From positions 32,001-96,000 of the forward strand of contig CAVXEP010000005.1 in the NCBI GenBank assembly GCA_963760795.1: a stretch of 64,000 nt of DNA. The letters run 5' to 3'. The translations under genes and the position numbers were made by a program. Position 1 is the first letter of the stretch. Each line of letters begins with the position of its first letter. Source of the DNA: an uncultured delta proteobacterium (lineage in GTDB: Bacteria > Desulfobacterota > Binatia > UBA9968). Below the pieces are notes generated by a model. That model saw only the letters and a list, made by a program, of their open reading frames with translations. It was not told the DNA's origin and ran no database searches. Shown piece after piece: positions 30,046 to 41,273 of this stretch.

Positions 30046-32673
30046 ATGAATTTAGAAAAACTCACCACCAAATCTCAAGAGGCATTGCGCGACGCCCAGT
30101 CACTGGCCGAGAAGCGCAACCACCAGGCCCTCGATGTCGAACACCTGCTTTTCTCACTATTTGGACAGAAGGAAGGCGTGGTCCTGTCGCTGTTGCAAAA
30201 GCTCGGCGTGCCGCTGACCCAGGTGACCGAAAGACTGCAAAAAGCCCTCGACCGTCTGCCTCAAGTGACCGGCGCCAGCGGCCAAAGCTATATCACGCCA
30301 CGGCTCAAGAAAGTCATCGAAAGCGCCGAGTCCGAAGCCGAAGCCTTGAAAGACGAGTATGTCTCCACCGAGCACTTGCTGCTTTCCATTGTGCAAGACA
30401 GCGGCGAAGCTGGGAAAGTCCTCAAGGAGCTGGGCGCAACTCGCGATAAAATTCTCAACGCCCTGGTCAGCATTCGCGGCTCTCAACGCATCACCGATCC
30501 GAATCCAGAAGAAAAATATCAGTCCTTGGAAAAGTATGGCCGCGATCTCACCGACCTCGCTCGCAAGGGCAAGCTCGATCCGGTGATTGGCCGCGACGAC
30601 GAGATTCGCCGGGTGATTCAAGTGCTATCGCGCCGGACTAAGAACAATCCGGTGCTGATCGGCGAGCCGGGCGTCGGTAAGACCGCCATCGTGGAAGGCC
30701 TCGCCTTGCGCATCGTCAACGGCGATGTCCCGGAAGGATTGAAGGACAAAAAACTTATCTCGCTGGATCTCAGCGCCTTGGTCGCCGGGGCGAAGTTCCG
30801 CGGCGAGTTTGAAGACCGACTCAAAGCGGTTTTGAAGGAAGTCACCGAGGCCAACGGCCAGATCGTGCTGTTCATCGATGAGCTGCATACATTAGTCGGC
30901 GCCGGCGCCGCCGAAGGCGCCATGGATGCATCGAATATGCTCAAGCCCGCCCTGGCGCGCGGCGAGCTGCGCTGCGTCGGCGCGACGACGCTGGACGAGT
31001 ACCGCAAACGAGTGGAAAAGGATCCGGCGCTGGAACGACGCTTTCAACAAGTCTACGTCGGCGAGCCTTCGGTGCAAGACACCATCGCCATCCTGCGCGG
31101 CTTGAAGGAACGCTACGAAGTCCATCACGGTGTGCGCATTACCGACCCGGCGATAATTGCCGCGGCGACGCTGTCGCACCGCTATATCAGCGACCGCTTC
31201 CTGCCAGACAAAGCCATCGACTTGATCGACGAAGCCGCGTCGCGGCTGCGCATTGAAATCGACAGCATGCCCATGGAAATCGACGAGGTCGAGCGCAAGA
31301 TCATGCAATTGGAGATCGAGCGCCAGGCACTCAAGCGCGAAGAGGACAAAGCGTCAATGGATCGTTTGGCGCAGCTCGAACGGGATATTCACAATTTGAA
31401 GGAGGCCTCGAGCGGTCTCAAAACTCATTGGCAGAATGAAAAAGCCGCCATCCAACAGCTGCGTGGCATCAAGGAAAAAATCGAAGCGACCAAGGTGGAA
31501 GAACAAAAAGCCCAACGCGAGGGCAACCTCAACAAGGCGGCTGAGCTGCGCTACGGCACCTTGACGCAGTTGCAGAAAGATAGCGATGCGGCCAATCAGA
31601 AACTCGCCGAACTGCAAACCCATCAGAAGATGCTCAAGGAAGAGGTCGACGCCGAAGATATCGCCGAAGTGGTGGCCAAATGGACCGGCGTTCCGGTGTC
31701 GAAAATGCTCGAAGGCGAACTCCAAAAGTTACTTAAAATGGAAGAGCGGCTAAAGCTCCGCGTCGTCGGCCAGGAGAACGCGATTATCGCGGTGTCCAAC
31801 GCCGTGCGCCGCGCCCGCGCCGGCTTGCAAGATAGCAACCGGCCGATCGGCTCGTTTATCTTTCTCGGTCCCACCGGCGTCGGTAAGACTGAACTCTGCC
31901 GGGCGTTGGCCGAGTTTCTCTTCGACGACGAGCAGGCCATCGTCCGCCTCGACATGTCGGAGTACATGGAAAAACATTCGGTATCGCGGTTGATCGGCGC
32001 CCCGCCGGGTTATGTCGGCTACGATGAAGGCGGGCAACTGACCGAAGCGGTGCGTCGCCGGCCTTACTCCGTGGTGTTGTTCGACGAAATCGAGAAGGCC
32101 CATCCCGACGTGTTCAACGCGCTTTTACAGCTGCTTGAAGATGGCCGCATGACCGATGGCCAAGGGCGCACCGTCGATTTTAAAAACACGGTCATCATCA
32201 TGACGTCGAACCTCGGCAGCCAGTACATCCAAGAGCTCGCCGGCAAAGACCGTAAGCAGATGGAAGACTATGTCGGCAACGCCTTGCGCGAGGCCTTCAA
32301 GCCGGAGTTTTTGAACCGGGTCGACGAGACGATCATTTTTAGCAGCCTCGGCCGCGAAGAGATCAAGTCGATCGTCGATATTCAGCTCAAACGGCTGCGG
32401 CAGAATTTGGCCAACCGCAAGATGGCGCTGGAGATCACCGCCCCAGCCAAAGCGTTGCTAGCCGACAAGGGCTACGATCCGGTCTACGGCGCGCGCCCGC
32501 TCAAGCGCACCATCCAGCGATTGATTCAGGATCCGCTGGCGGTTAAGATCCTCGCTGGAGAGTTCAAGGAAGGCGACACTGTGAAAGTCGAAGTGGAAGA
32601 CGACGAGCTCAGCTTCACCCATGGTCAGCCGCTGGCGAACGACGCGACCTTCGAGCAAAGGACCCTGCATTGA
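30046..32673 (+). CDS. clpB: ATP-dependent chaperone ClpB
   Basis: [22 protein letters not shown], middle-domain [15 protein letters not shown] and YGARPLKR; 875 aa. Confidence 0.98.
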   Translation: MNLEKLTTKSQEALRDAQSLAEKRNHQALDVEHLLFSLFGQKEGVVLSLLQKLGVPLTQVTERLQKALDRLPQVTGASGQSYITPRLKKVIESAESEAEALKDEYVSTEHLLLSIVQDSGEAGKVLKELGATRDKILNALVSIRGSQRITDPNPEEKYQSLEKYGRDLTDLARKGKLDPVIGRDDEIRRVIQVLSRRTKNNPVLIGEPGVGKTAIVEGLALRIVNGDVPEGLKDKKLISLDLSALVAGAKFRGEFEDRLKAVLKEVTEANGQIVLFIDELHTLVGAGAAEGAMDASNMLKPALARGELRCVGATTLDEYRKRVEKDPALERRFQQVYVGEPSVQDTIAILRGLKERYEVHHGVRITDPAIIAAATLSHRYISDRFLPDKAIDLIDEAASRLRIEIDSMPMEIDEVERKIMQLEIERQALKREEDKASMDRLAQLERDIHNLKEASSGLKTHWQNEKAAIQQLRGIKEKIEATKVEEQKAQREGNLNKAAELRYGTLTQLQKDSDAANQKLAELQTHQKMLKEEVDAEDIAEVVAKWTGVPVSKMLEGELQKLLKMEERLKLRVVGQENAIIAVSNAVRRARAGLQDSNRPIGSFIFLGPTGVGKTELCRALAEFLFDDEQAIVRLDMSEYMEKHSVSRLIGAPPGYVGYDEGGQLTEAVRRRPYSVVLFDEIEKAHPDVFNALLQLLEDGRMTDGQGRTVDFKNTVIIMTSNLGSQYIQELAGKDRKQMEDYVGNALREAFKPEFLNRVDETIIFSSLGREEIKSIVDIQLKRLRQNLANRKMALEITAPAKALLADKGYDPVYGARPLKRTIQRLIQDPLAVKILAGEFKEGDTVKVEVEDDELSFTHGQPLANDATFEQRTLH

Positions 32674-32834
32674 GTCCATCGGCAAAAAAGATTCCCATCG
32701 GCCTGGCGAAAGTGCGCAAGGAACTGCCGCCGCCGGGAATAATCTGGAAAAGTAAAAAAGACGTTCTGCGTAAGCGCGCCAAAGCCGAGCTAAGCCGCGA
32801 ACTCAAAGCATCGCTGCGCGGCAGCCGATCATAA
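32670..32834 (+). CDS. Small basic protein, 54 aa ([54 protein letters not shown])
   Basis: TTG start overlaps the clpB stop (TTGA), AAGGA lies 7 nt upstream, and the ORF ends before the terminator. It falls below the ORF-track size cutoff. Confidence 0.55.
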   Translation: MSPSAKKIPIGLAKVRKELPPPGIIWKSKKDVLRKRAKAELSRELKASLRGSRS

Positions 32835-32860
32835 TTACCGTCTGAAAAGAGCCGCTCAGG

Positions 32861-32897
32861 AGAGGGGGCAGCCGGCACCGGCCCGCCCCCTCTTTTA
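32861..32897 (+). terminator. Intrinsic terminator after clpB and the small ORF
   Basis: AGAGGGGGC...GCCCCCTCT stem followed by TTTAATTTTT. Confidence 0.65.
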
Positions 32898-32908
32898 ATT
32901 TTTAATTC

Positions 32909-34346
32909 ATGGCAGATTCAACTTTCAGCGACGAACAGCAACGCCATGCCCGGCTGGTGCTTTATCAAGTGTCCCTCGGTCTCGCCGTGGTGGCGATCAA
33001 CCACCGCGCCATTCAAGTCGCCTTGCCCACCCTCACCCATGTTTTTCATAGCGATCTGTCGTTCATTCAGTGGGTTTTGTTGGTCTATGATCTCTGCGTT
33101 ATCGGCTTGGTCCTGACGTTGGGCAGACTCGGCGACCTGTTCGGCCGCAAATGGATTTATATTTCTGGCTTTTTGATCTTCGTTCTAGGTTCGCTGTTTT
33201 GCGGTTTGGCGCAGTCATCCACTCAGCTAATTTTGTTCCGCGTGCTCCAAGGCATCGGCGGCGCCATGATCATGGCCAACGGCCGTGCCCTGGTCACCGT
33301 CAACTCGCCGGCGTCCGAGCGCGGCAAGGCGCTGGGCTTCACATCCATGGCGTTTCACGTCGGCTACATCACCGGCCCGACGCTGGGCGGCTTCATCATC
33401 GACGCGGTGGGCTGGCGTTGGGTGTTCTTTCTCACCGTTCCCATCGGCCTGACTTGCGCCTATTTCGGCTGGAAAATTCTCAAAGAGCGCACCGTCAGCG
33501 AAGGGCCGGTCCAAGTGGATTTCGCCGGTGCCGCGTATCTGCTGCTGACCAACATCTGTTTCCTCTATGCGCTCAACCGGCTGCCCCACCGCGGTATCCA
33601 CGACACCCTGGTCGTGGTCTTTTTCTGTCGTCGCCGCCGTGACGTTGTTTCTGTTCATTCGCACCGAACAAAAAGCAACCACGCCGATTCTGAGTTTATC
33701 TTTGTTCCGCAACCGGCTGTTCACTGCGGCCAATCTGAGCCTGTTCTTTTTGACTTCAACGCAGGCCGCCGTGAGCGTCTTGATCCCGTTTTATTTGCAG
33801 AACCTGATGGGCTTCACGCCGACCCAGATGGGCTGGATCTTGATCGGCGGCTCGGTCGTGATCATCGTGTTAGCCCCGGTGGCTGGCCGCCTGTCCGACC
33901 GCCTCGGCTCACGCATACTTTGCACCGTCGGCGCCGCGATCATGATCGTCGGCCAGTATTTCATCGGTTCGTTGACTCTACAATCGACGATTTTCCAAAT
34001 GGTCATGCCGCAAATATTGATCGGCTTGGGTTGGGCGCTGTTCAACTCGCCCAATCAGAGCGCCATCATGGGCACCGTACCACTCGATAAAGTCGGCGCA
34101 GCCTCGGGTATGACGCTCACTACGGCGAGAATTGGCGGCGCCATGGGCATCGCCATATCCGGCGCGATCATGACCTACGCCTTGGGCGCCAACGGCCTCA
34201 CCCCGGCGCAGATCGAGTCGCCAGCCAGTTGGGCCGCCGCGCCAGAGATATTTTTGAAATCGTTCAGCTTCACCACCCATTTGATCAATACCTTTGCGAT
34301 CTTCGCGGTGGTCTTCGCCGCCATGCGCGGCCCACGCAAAGATTAG
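32909..34346 (+). CDS. MFS transporter (DHA2/EmrB-like); apparent frameshift near 33622
   Basis: GRLGDLFGRK, FRVLQGIGGA, GPTLGG, WRWVFF and GRLSDRLGSR; the break falls in a T-run. Confidence 0.88.
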
Positions 34347-34357
34347 GCGACTGCGAA

Positions 34358-35804
34358 ATGATTCCGCCAACGCAAACCCATGAGGTAGTCCACTCAAAGC
34401 GCGCCTCGCGCTTGATTTTGTTGAGCGTCTGCCTCGGCCAGGCATTAGTCGGCCTCGATCAACGCGCCATCACCGTCGCCCTACCGACATTGACGACGAC
34501 GTTTAATACCGCCTTCACCACCATCCAGTGGACCATCCTGGTTTACGATCTGGTTCTAATCGGCCTGATCATCACCATGGGGCGGTTGGGCGATATGTTC
34601 GGCCGGAGGCGCTTTTACACCTTGGGCTTCTTGATCTTCGTCATCGCATCGGCGATCTGCGGCATGACTCAAACCAGCGGCCAGCTAATTTTTTTTCGCG
34701 CGGTTCAAGCCATCGGCGGTTCGATGATCGCCGCCAACGGCCGCGCCATCGTGTCGGTAAACTTGCCGGCGGAGGAGCGGGGCCGCGCCTTGGGACTGAC
34801 GTCGACGGCGTTTCACATCGGCTTTCTCATCGGCCCTGCACTTGGCGGATTTTTGATCGACGGCCTCGGCTGGCGCTGGATTTTTTATATCAACATGCCC
34901 TTTAGCCTGGCCGGCGCGTATTTAGCTTGGAAAGTCGTTCCCGAGACACGCATGCAGGGCAAAACCTCGGTGGATATCGCCGGCGCCGTGCTGCTGTTAT
35001 TGACCAATGGCTTGTTCATCTACGCCATCGATCAGTTGCCGCGGGTCGGCTGGCGCCATCCGGCGTTTTTTCTGACCCTGACGCTTGGCCGCCGTCGCGC
35101 TGGTCTTTCTCCTACGCGCCGAAAGCCGCGCCAAGCTGCCGATTCTCGTGCTGTCGATGTTTCGCGCCCGGCTGTTCAGCGCCGGCATCGCCAGCTTGTT
35201 CGTGCTCGCCGCCACACTGTCGGCAATTAATTTTCTCTTGCCATTTTACTTACAGAGCTTGCTGGGCTACTCGGCTTCGCAGACCGGCTGGATCATCGTC
35301 GCCGACTCGGTGATCATCATGGTGATGGCGCCCATCGCCGGCGCGCTATCGGACCGTCTCGGCTCGCGTTTGCTTTGCACCCTCGGCTGTTTGGCCGTTG
35401 CCATCGCGCAGTTCCTGTTGGCATCCCTCGACCTGCACGCGCCGCTGGTGCGCATCATGCTGCCGCTGGTGCTTTGGGGCATCGGCTGGTCGCTGTTCAA
35501 CGCGCCCAATCAACGGTCGATTTTAAGCGCCGTGGCGACAGATAAAATCGGCGCCGCCGCTGGCATGATCGCCACCAGCGCGCGCACCGGCGGCGCCATG
35601 GGTGTGGCATTGTCCGCGACACTATTCGGCTATCTCCTCGCCGGCGCCGGCTTAACCGCTAACCAAGTGAATTCGCCCAACAGCTGGCGCGCCGCGCCGG
35701 AGGTTTTTATGAGTTCTTTCTCGATGACGATTTACGCTTTGAGCATTTTCACTTTGTTCGCAGTGTTTTCATCCGCGGTCCGCGGCAGCAAACTCGAACA
35801 GTGA
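34358..35804 (+). CDS. MFS transporter (DHA2/EmrB-like), paralog; apparent frameshift near 35087
   Basis: GRLGDMFGRR, GPALGG, WRWIFYIN and GALSDRLGSR. Confidence 0.88.
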
Positions 35805-35879
35805 ACCGTCGGCTTGCGCTTGACAGGTAATGGTCCGCTCTCCTACTCTCGCGGCCATCACAGTTCACGGGAGGCGCCC

Positions 35880-36875
35880 ATGATTCGCCGGTCGGAATTA
35901 GTGAAGGTCACCTTCATCGCGCTCATAGTCGGCCAGCTTTTCCTCGGACCGCTGGTCAGCGCCGCCGAAGCGCCTGTGCTGCGCGGCGTCCATAACGCTC
36001 TGGGCGGCACCATGACGCCGCTGTTTGTCGCCCAAGAGCTAGGGTTATTCGCCAAACATGGACTACAGCATAGCCTCAATTATTTGCCGGCGACCACCGC
36101 GGTTCAGGCCCTCGCCGCCGGCAGCGAAGAGATCGGTTTCGTCGGCAACCAGTGCGTCGATGTCGGCCTCGAAGGCGCCGATACCATCTATGTCGCCGCC
36201 ACCGCGTCGCGTTTTATTTTTCAGCTCTACGGCGATCCGGCGATCAAGAGCGTGGCCGACTTGAAAGGCAAAGTCATCGCCGCCACACAGCCGGCCGCGT
36301 CCACCGACTACGCCGCGCGCATCTTGTTGCGTAAAAATGGGCTAACACCGGACAAGGACGTGAAAATTATATATGCCGGCAGCAGCCCGGCATTGTTGTC
36401 GATGTTAAAATCGGGCAACGCCGCGGCTGGCTTGATCAACGCGCCGGTGATCTATCAAGCGCAAGAACTCGGCATGAAGCCAATCGTCAACCTCACCGAG
36501 TTAAATATTCCGTTTATCTTCGTCGCGGTTTGCACGACCAAAAAAGTCATCCAGCAGAAACCCGATGCGATTATGCGCTATCTCAGGGCCTATACCGAAG
36601 CGATCTCGATTATCCTGCGCGACAAGGAAACCGCGCTCAAGATCATGGCCAAATACATGAAGATGGACAATCGCCAGTGGGTCGAGGCGGTCTATGACGA
36701 CATCGCGCGTGTATTGCAGCGCACGCCGTACATGACCAAGCCGGAAGTCCAAGCGGTGTTGGATGCCGTCAGAAATCCCAAAGGCACACAGGTCAAACCG
36801 GAAGACTTTTTCGACAACTCATTCCTGCAGAAAATCGACAATAGCGGCTTTATCAATGCGCTCTACGCTCGTTGA
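35880..36875 (+). CDS. ABC transporter substrate-binding protein (NMT1/SsuA-like)
   Basis: Signal peptide, PLFVAQELGLFAKHGL, DLKGKVIA, GLTPDKDVKII and FFDNSFLQKI; GGAGG RBS. Confidence 0.88.
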   Translation: MIRRSELVKVTFIALIVGQLFLGPLVSAAEAPVLRGVHNALGGTMTPLFVAQELGLFAKHGLQHSLNYLPATTAVQALAAGSEEIGFVGNQCVDVGLEGADTIYVAATASRFIFQLYGDPAIKSVADLKGKVIAATQPAASTDYAARILLRKNGLTPDKDVKIIYAGSSPALLSMLKSGNAAAGLINAPVIYQAQELGMKPIVNLTELNIPFIFVAVCTTKKVIQQKPDAIMRYLRAYTEAISIILRDKETALKIMAKYMKMDNRQWVEAVYDDIARVLQRTPYMTKPEVQAVLDAVRNPKGTQVKPEDFFDNSFLQKIDNSGFINALYAR

Positions 36876-36900
36876 TCTTTGCAACACCAGGGAGAAAAAG

Positions 36901-37906
36901 ATGAAACGCCTCCAGCGATCTCACCTCTGCCGTGCCACGACGCTCGCCGTGCTGCTCAGCTTATTGGTGCCAGCGAGCCGCCCGCTCAGCGCCGCCGAAG
37001 CGCCAAGCATGCGCATCGTCTACAACGCCCTCGGCGGTTCCATGGCGCCGCTGTGGTTGGGCCATGAGTTGGGCCTGTTCGCCAAGCATGGCTCTGCAAC
37101 ATAGCCTGAATTACTTGGCCGCGACGACCTCGGTGCAGGCGATCGTCGCCGGCAGCGAGGACATCGGCATGGTCGGCAATCAGTGCATCGATGTCGCCCT
37201 CGAAGGCGCCGACACCATCTACGTCGCCGGCAACATCAATCGCTTTGTCTTCCACCTGTACGGCGATCCGGCGATCAAAACCGTGCAGGATCTGAAAGGC
37301 AAAACCGTCGCGGCCACCCAAGCCGCCGCCTCCACCGACTACGCGACCCGCATCGTCCTGCGCCGTTCGGTTTGGTACCGGACAAGGATGTAAAAATTCT
37401 CTTCACCGGCAGCATGCCGGCGCTGGTGACGACGGTGAAGTCCGGCAATGCCGCCGCCGGCCTGATGTCGGCGCCGACGACGATTCAAGCCCTGGAGTTG
37501 GGCATGAAACCGATCCTCAACGTCACCGAGCTAAATATCCCCTTCGTCTTCGTCGGCGTCTGTACAACGCGAAAAATGATCCAGCAAAAACCCGATCACA
37601 TCAGCCGGTTTCTCCGCGCCTATATCGAAGCTCTGGCGATTATTCGCAGTGACAAAGAAACCACGTTCAAAGCCATGGGCAAGTTCTTAAAGACCGATAA
37701 CCGGCAAGTCTTGGAAAGCATCTACGACGACTACGGCAGCGCCTATCAACGTGTGCCGCTTGATGACCAAGCAGGAAGTCCAGGCAGTTCTCGATGTCGT
37801 AAAAAGCCCCAAGGGTGTCCAGGCCAAGCCCGAAGTATTTTACGACAACTCCTTCGTGCAAAAGATCGAAGCCTCGGGCTTTATCAATTCGCTCTATGCC
37901 CGCTAG
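36901..37906 (+). CDS. ABC transporter substrate-binding protein, tandem paralog; apparent frameshifts near 37092, 37366 and 37761
   Basis: Pieces in several frames align end to end with the upstream paralog (...FYDNSFVQKIEASGFINSLYAR, stop at 37904-37906). Confidence 0.8.
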
Positions 37907-37968
37907 CTGTAGAATGGGAACTATACATCGATCCGAAAAACCAACACGATCACGAAACACGAACAAGA

Positions 37969-39090
37969 ATGTCCTGGTTCCTCCACATCGACATGGACGC
38001 CTTCTACGCCTCGGTGGAGGAAGCGCTCGATCCGAGTCTGAAAGGCAAACCGGTCATCGTCGGCGGGCGTAACGGCCGCGGCGTGGTGACCTCGGCGTCT
38101 TACGCGGCGCGAGAGTTCGGCGTGCGCTCGGCGATGCCAGGGTATCAAGCGAAAACACTCTGCCCGCAGGGGATTTTTCTGCCGAACCGGCGGCGCACTT
38201 ATGTGGAATTTTCCGACAAAGTATTCGCCATCCTCGAACACTACTCGCCCGAAGTGCACAAGCTGTCCATCGATGAAGCGCTGGTCGATCTCACCGGCAC
38301 GGAGAGACTATTCGGTCCGCCGCTCAAAACCGCCGACGCGATGATCCGGCGCATCGAAAATGAATTGGCGCTGCCTTCCTCCGCTGGATTGTCGACCAAC
38401 CGGATCGTCGCAAAAATTGCCGCGACGTTAGCCAAACCGCATGGCCTGATCTACATTCCCGCCGGTGCTGAAAAAAACTTTCTCGAGCCCCAGGCAGTGG
38501 AGTTGATCCCCGGTGTCGGCCCCAAAACCCACAAGACCATGCTCCAGCGCGGCATCAAAACCATTGGCGAGCTATTGGCACGGCCTGAACTAGCCGCGCG
38601 CTATCTCGACCTCAGCGAAACTGCGGTACATCCCCACCACCACGATCATTCCATCGGCAATGAAACGACCCTGAGCACTCCGCTCAAAACCATCGCCGAA
38701 ATGGAGGAGGTGCTTTGGCAGCTGGTCGAAGAGGTCGGCGGCAGGCTCCGTCAAGAAGAGTCCTTTGCCCGCTGTTTGACGGTAAAAGTTCGCTATAGCA
38801 ATTTCCAGACGATCACCCGCTCGCGCACCCTTGCCTCGCCCACGTGCTTTGATAAAGAAATTTTTCAGGCGGTGAGCGACTTACTGCGCCAGAATATCGC
38901 TCAGGGCCGCGCGGTGCGTTTGTTGGGCGTGAGCGCCAGCGCGCTGCAAACTTCCGGCTGGCAGGAACCCTTGTTGAATCGTCAGCGGCGCGAATCTTTC
39001 GGACGTCTGTATCAAGCCATCGACAAACTGCGCCGCAAGTACGGCGAGCAGACCATCGGCGCCGCGACGCCGCGCAAACGTTCTAGTTGA
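37969..39090 (+). CDS. dinB: DNA polymerase IV (Y family)
   Basis: HIDMDAFYASVE, SASYAAREFGVRSAM, SIDEA, AKPHG, IPGVGPKT and VRLLGV. Confidence 0.92.
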   Translation: MSWFLHIDMDAFYASVEEALDPSLKGKPVIVGGRNGRGVVTSASYAAREFGVRSAMPGYQAKTLCPQGIFLPNRRRTYVEFSDKVFAILEHYSPEVHKLSIDEALVDLTGTERLFGPPLKTADAMIRRIENELALPSSAGLSTNRIVAKIAATLAKPHGLIYIPAGAEKNFLEPQAVELIPGVGPKTHKTMLQRGIKTIGELLARPELAARYLDLSETAVHPHHHDHSIGNETTLSTPLKTIAEMEEVLWQLVEEVGGRLRQEESFARCLTVKVRYSNFQTITRSRTLASPTCFDKEIFQAVSDLLRQNIAQGRAVRLLGVSASALQTSGWQEPLLNRQRRESFGRLYQAIDKLRRKYGEQTIGAATPRKRSS

Positions 39091-39135
39091 TTTTGCCGCT
39101 AAAGCTTCATACTGTTTTCCATCTCGACTAACATC

Positions 39136-40164
39136 ATGGCTGCCACGAACCATCCTTTTCTTGCCGCCTGCCGGCGCGAACCGACTTCATTCACTCCCGT
39201 CTGGCTCATGCGCCAAGCCGGCCGTTACATGGAAGAATACCGCAAACTGCGCGCCCAACATGGCTTTCTCGAACTGTGCAAGAAGCCCGATCTCGCCACC
39301 GAGATCACGGTCACGCCAGTGGAGAAGTTGAACGTCGACGCGGCGATATTGTTCGCCGATATCTTGTTAATCCTCGAACCGATGGGCGTCGGTTTGGAAT
39401 ACTCCAAAGGCGATGGCCCGGTGATCCATCGGCCGGTGCGCAGCGGCAAGGATGTCGACGGCTTATTAGATTTCAAGGTCGAGAGCGAACTCGCCTACGT
39501 CTACGAGTCGATTAAAAAGATTCGCAAAGAACTGAAAGTGCCGCTCATCGGCTTTGCCGGCGCGCCGTTCACTCTGGCGTCCTACTTGATCGAAGGCAGC
39601 GGCTCGCGCAACTATGTGCATACCAAGAAGCTTTTTTATGGCGCGCCGGAAGCGTGGAAGCGCTTGATGGAACGGCTGGCTAAACTCATCGGCGAGTATT
39701 TGAATTGCCAGATCGCCGCCGGCGCCCAAGCTGTGCAGATCTTCGATAGTTGGGCCGGCTGTCTGACGCCATCCGACTATGAGCAATTTATTCAACCCTA
39801 CACCAAAGCGGTGATCGACGCGGTCATTCCCGGTGTGCCGGTGATCAACTTCAGCACCGGCACCACCGGTTTGTTGAAGAACATCCGCGCCGCCGGCGGC
39901 GATGTCATCGGCCTGGACTGGCGTGTCAATCTTGACGACGGCTGGGCCACCGTCGGCCACGACGTCGCCGTCCAAGGCAACCTCGATCCGGTCGCGCTCT
40001 TCGCTGCGCCGAAAGAGATCAAAAACCGAGTGGCGGAAATCCTGCGCCGCGCCGGCGGCCGTCCCGGACATATTTTCAATCTCGGCCACGGCGTCCTGCC
40101 GGAAACGCCGGTCGATCATGTGATCGCCATGGTCGACGCCGTGCACGAACTGAGCACAAGGTAA
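39136..40164 (+). CDS. hemE: Uroporphyrinogen decarboxylase
   Basis: PVWLMRQAGRYM, AAILFADIL, GFAGAPFTLASY, QIFDSWAG and FNLGHG. Confidence 0.97.
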   Translation: MAATNHPFLAACRREPTSFTPVWLMRQAGRYMEEYRKLRAQHGFLELCKKPDLATEITVTPVEKLNVDAAILFADILLILEPMGVGLEYSKGDGPVIHRPVRSGKDVDGLLDFKVESELAYVYESIKKIRKELKVPLIGFAGAPFTLASYLIEGSGSRNYVHTKKLFYGAPEAWKRLMERLAKLIGEYLNCQIAAGAQAVQIFDSWAGCLTPSDYEQFIQPYTKAVIDAVIPGVPVINFSTGTTGLLKNIRAAGGDVIGLDWRVNLDDGWATVGHDVAVQGNLDPVALFAAPKEIKNRVAEILRRAGGRPGHIFNLGHGVLPETPVDHVIAMVDAVHELSTR

Positions 40165-40280
40165 TAGAAGAGTTGGAAAGATGGAGTACTGGAGTGTTGG
40201 AGTAATGTTAAATTCGAAGAACTCCCCGTCCGTCCCAACACTCCAATACTCCGACGCTCCATCACTCCATTGACCCCCCC

Positions 40281-41217
40281 ATGCCGCATCCGTACCAGGC
40301 CATTCTGCTCATCGCTTTCGGCGGCCCTACTTGCCCTGAAGAAATTCGCCCCTTTCTCGCCCGCGTGACTCAAGGTTTGCCGATTCCACCGGCGCGCCTT
40401 GAGGAAGTTGCCCACCACTACGAAGCGGTCGGGGGCAAATCGCCGCTCAACGAAATCACCTTTCGTCAGGCCAACGCATTGAAGAATTTATTGAGCAACA
40501 AGCTGCCGGTATACGTCGGCATGCGCAATGCGGCGCCTTTCTTCGTCGATACGTTGAAACAGATGGCAGCCGCCGGAGTCACGCGCGCCCTTGGATTCAT
40601 TCTTTCGTCACATCGCAGCGAAGCGAGCTGGGAGCGCTATCAGGAAAATATCGCCGACGCCCGCGCCGAGCTCGGCGGCAGCGCACCCGAAGTCGATTAT
40701 TGCGACGGCTGGCATGACCATCCGCTATTTATTCAAAGCTGGACCGAGCTGATTCAAACGGCGGCGAATGGAATCCATGCTGACCTGCGGCACAGCGACA
40801 CCGTTGCTTTTCACCGCCCACAGTTTGCCGACGGCCATGGCCGGTCGCTCCGCTTACGTCGAACAATTAACCACTAGCGCCCAGCTCATCGTGACTAAGC
40901 TAAGCCACCCGCAATGGTCGCTCGCTTATCAAAGCCGCAGCGGCAGACCGAGCGATCCCTGGCTCGAACCGGATATCGGCCAGGCGATCCGCGACTTTGC
41001 GGTGCGGGGCGAAAAGCAAATCATCGTCGCGCCCATCGGTTTTGTCTGCGACCATGTCGAAGTGCTCTATGACTTGGACATCGAAGCGAAAAAGATCGCC
41101 AACGACCTAGGGGTGAGGTTAATTCGCGCCAGCTGTCCAAACGACCATCCGACGTTCGTGCGCATGATGGCGGATGTCATTGCCGCCAAGATCAAATCCG
41201 TCGAGGATGCAGAATAG
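40281..41217 (+). CDS. hemH: Ferrochelatase (possibly coproporphyrin type); apparent frameshift near 40791
   Basis: FGGP, HYEAVGGKSPLN, FTAHSLP, YQSRSG...PWLEPDI and PIGFVCDHVEVLYDLD. Confidence 0.92.
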
Positions 41218-41273
41218 AAGATGGACGATCGCAATCCTCGGTCCTCAATTATCCATCCTCCACCGGTTTTTTC

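Noticed and set aside
37907-37968. LexA/SOS box upstream of dinB
   Set aside because: Only CACGA-type short repeats; no convincing match to LexA motifs I know.
37183-39090. 635-aa SBP-DinB fusion
   Set aside because: A +1 indel near 37761 creates it; the SBP ends at 37906 like its paralog, and DinB starts at 37969.
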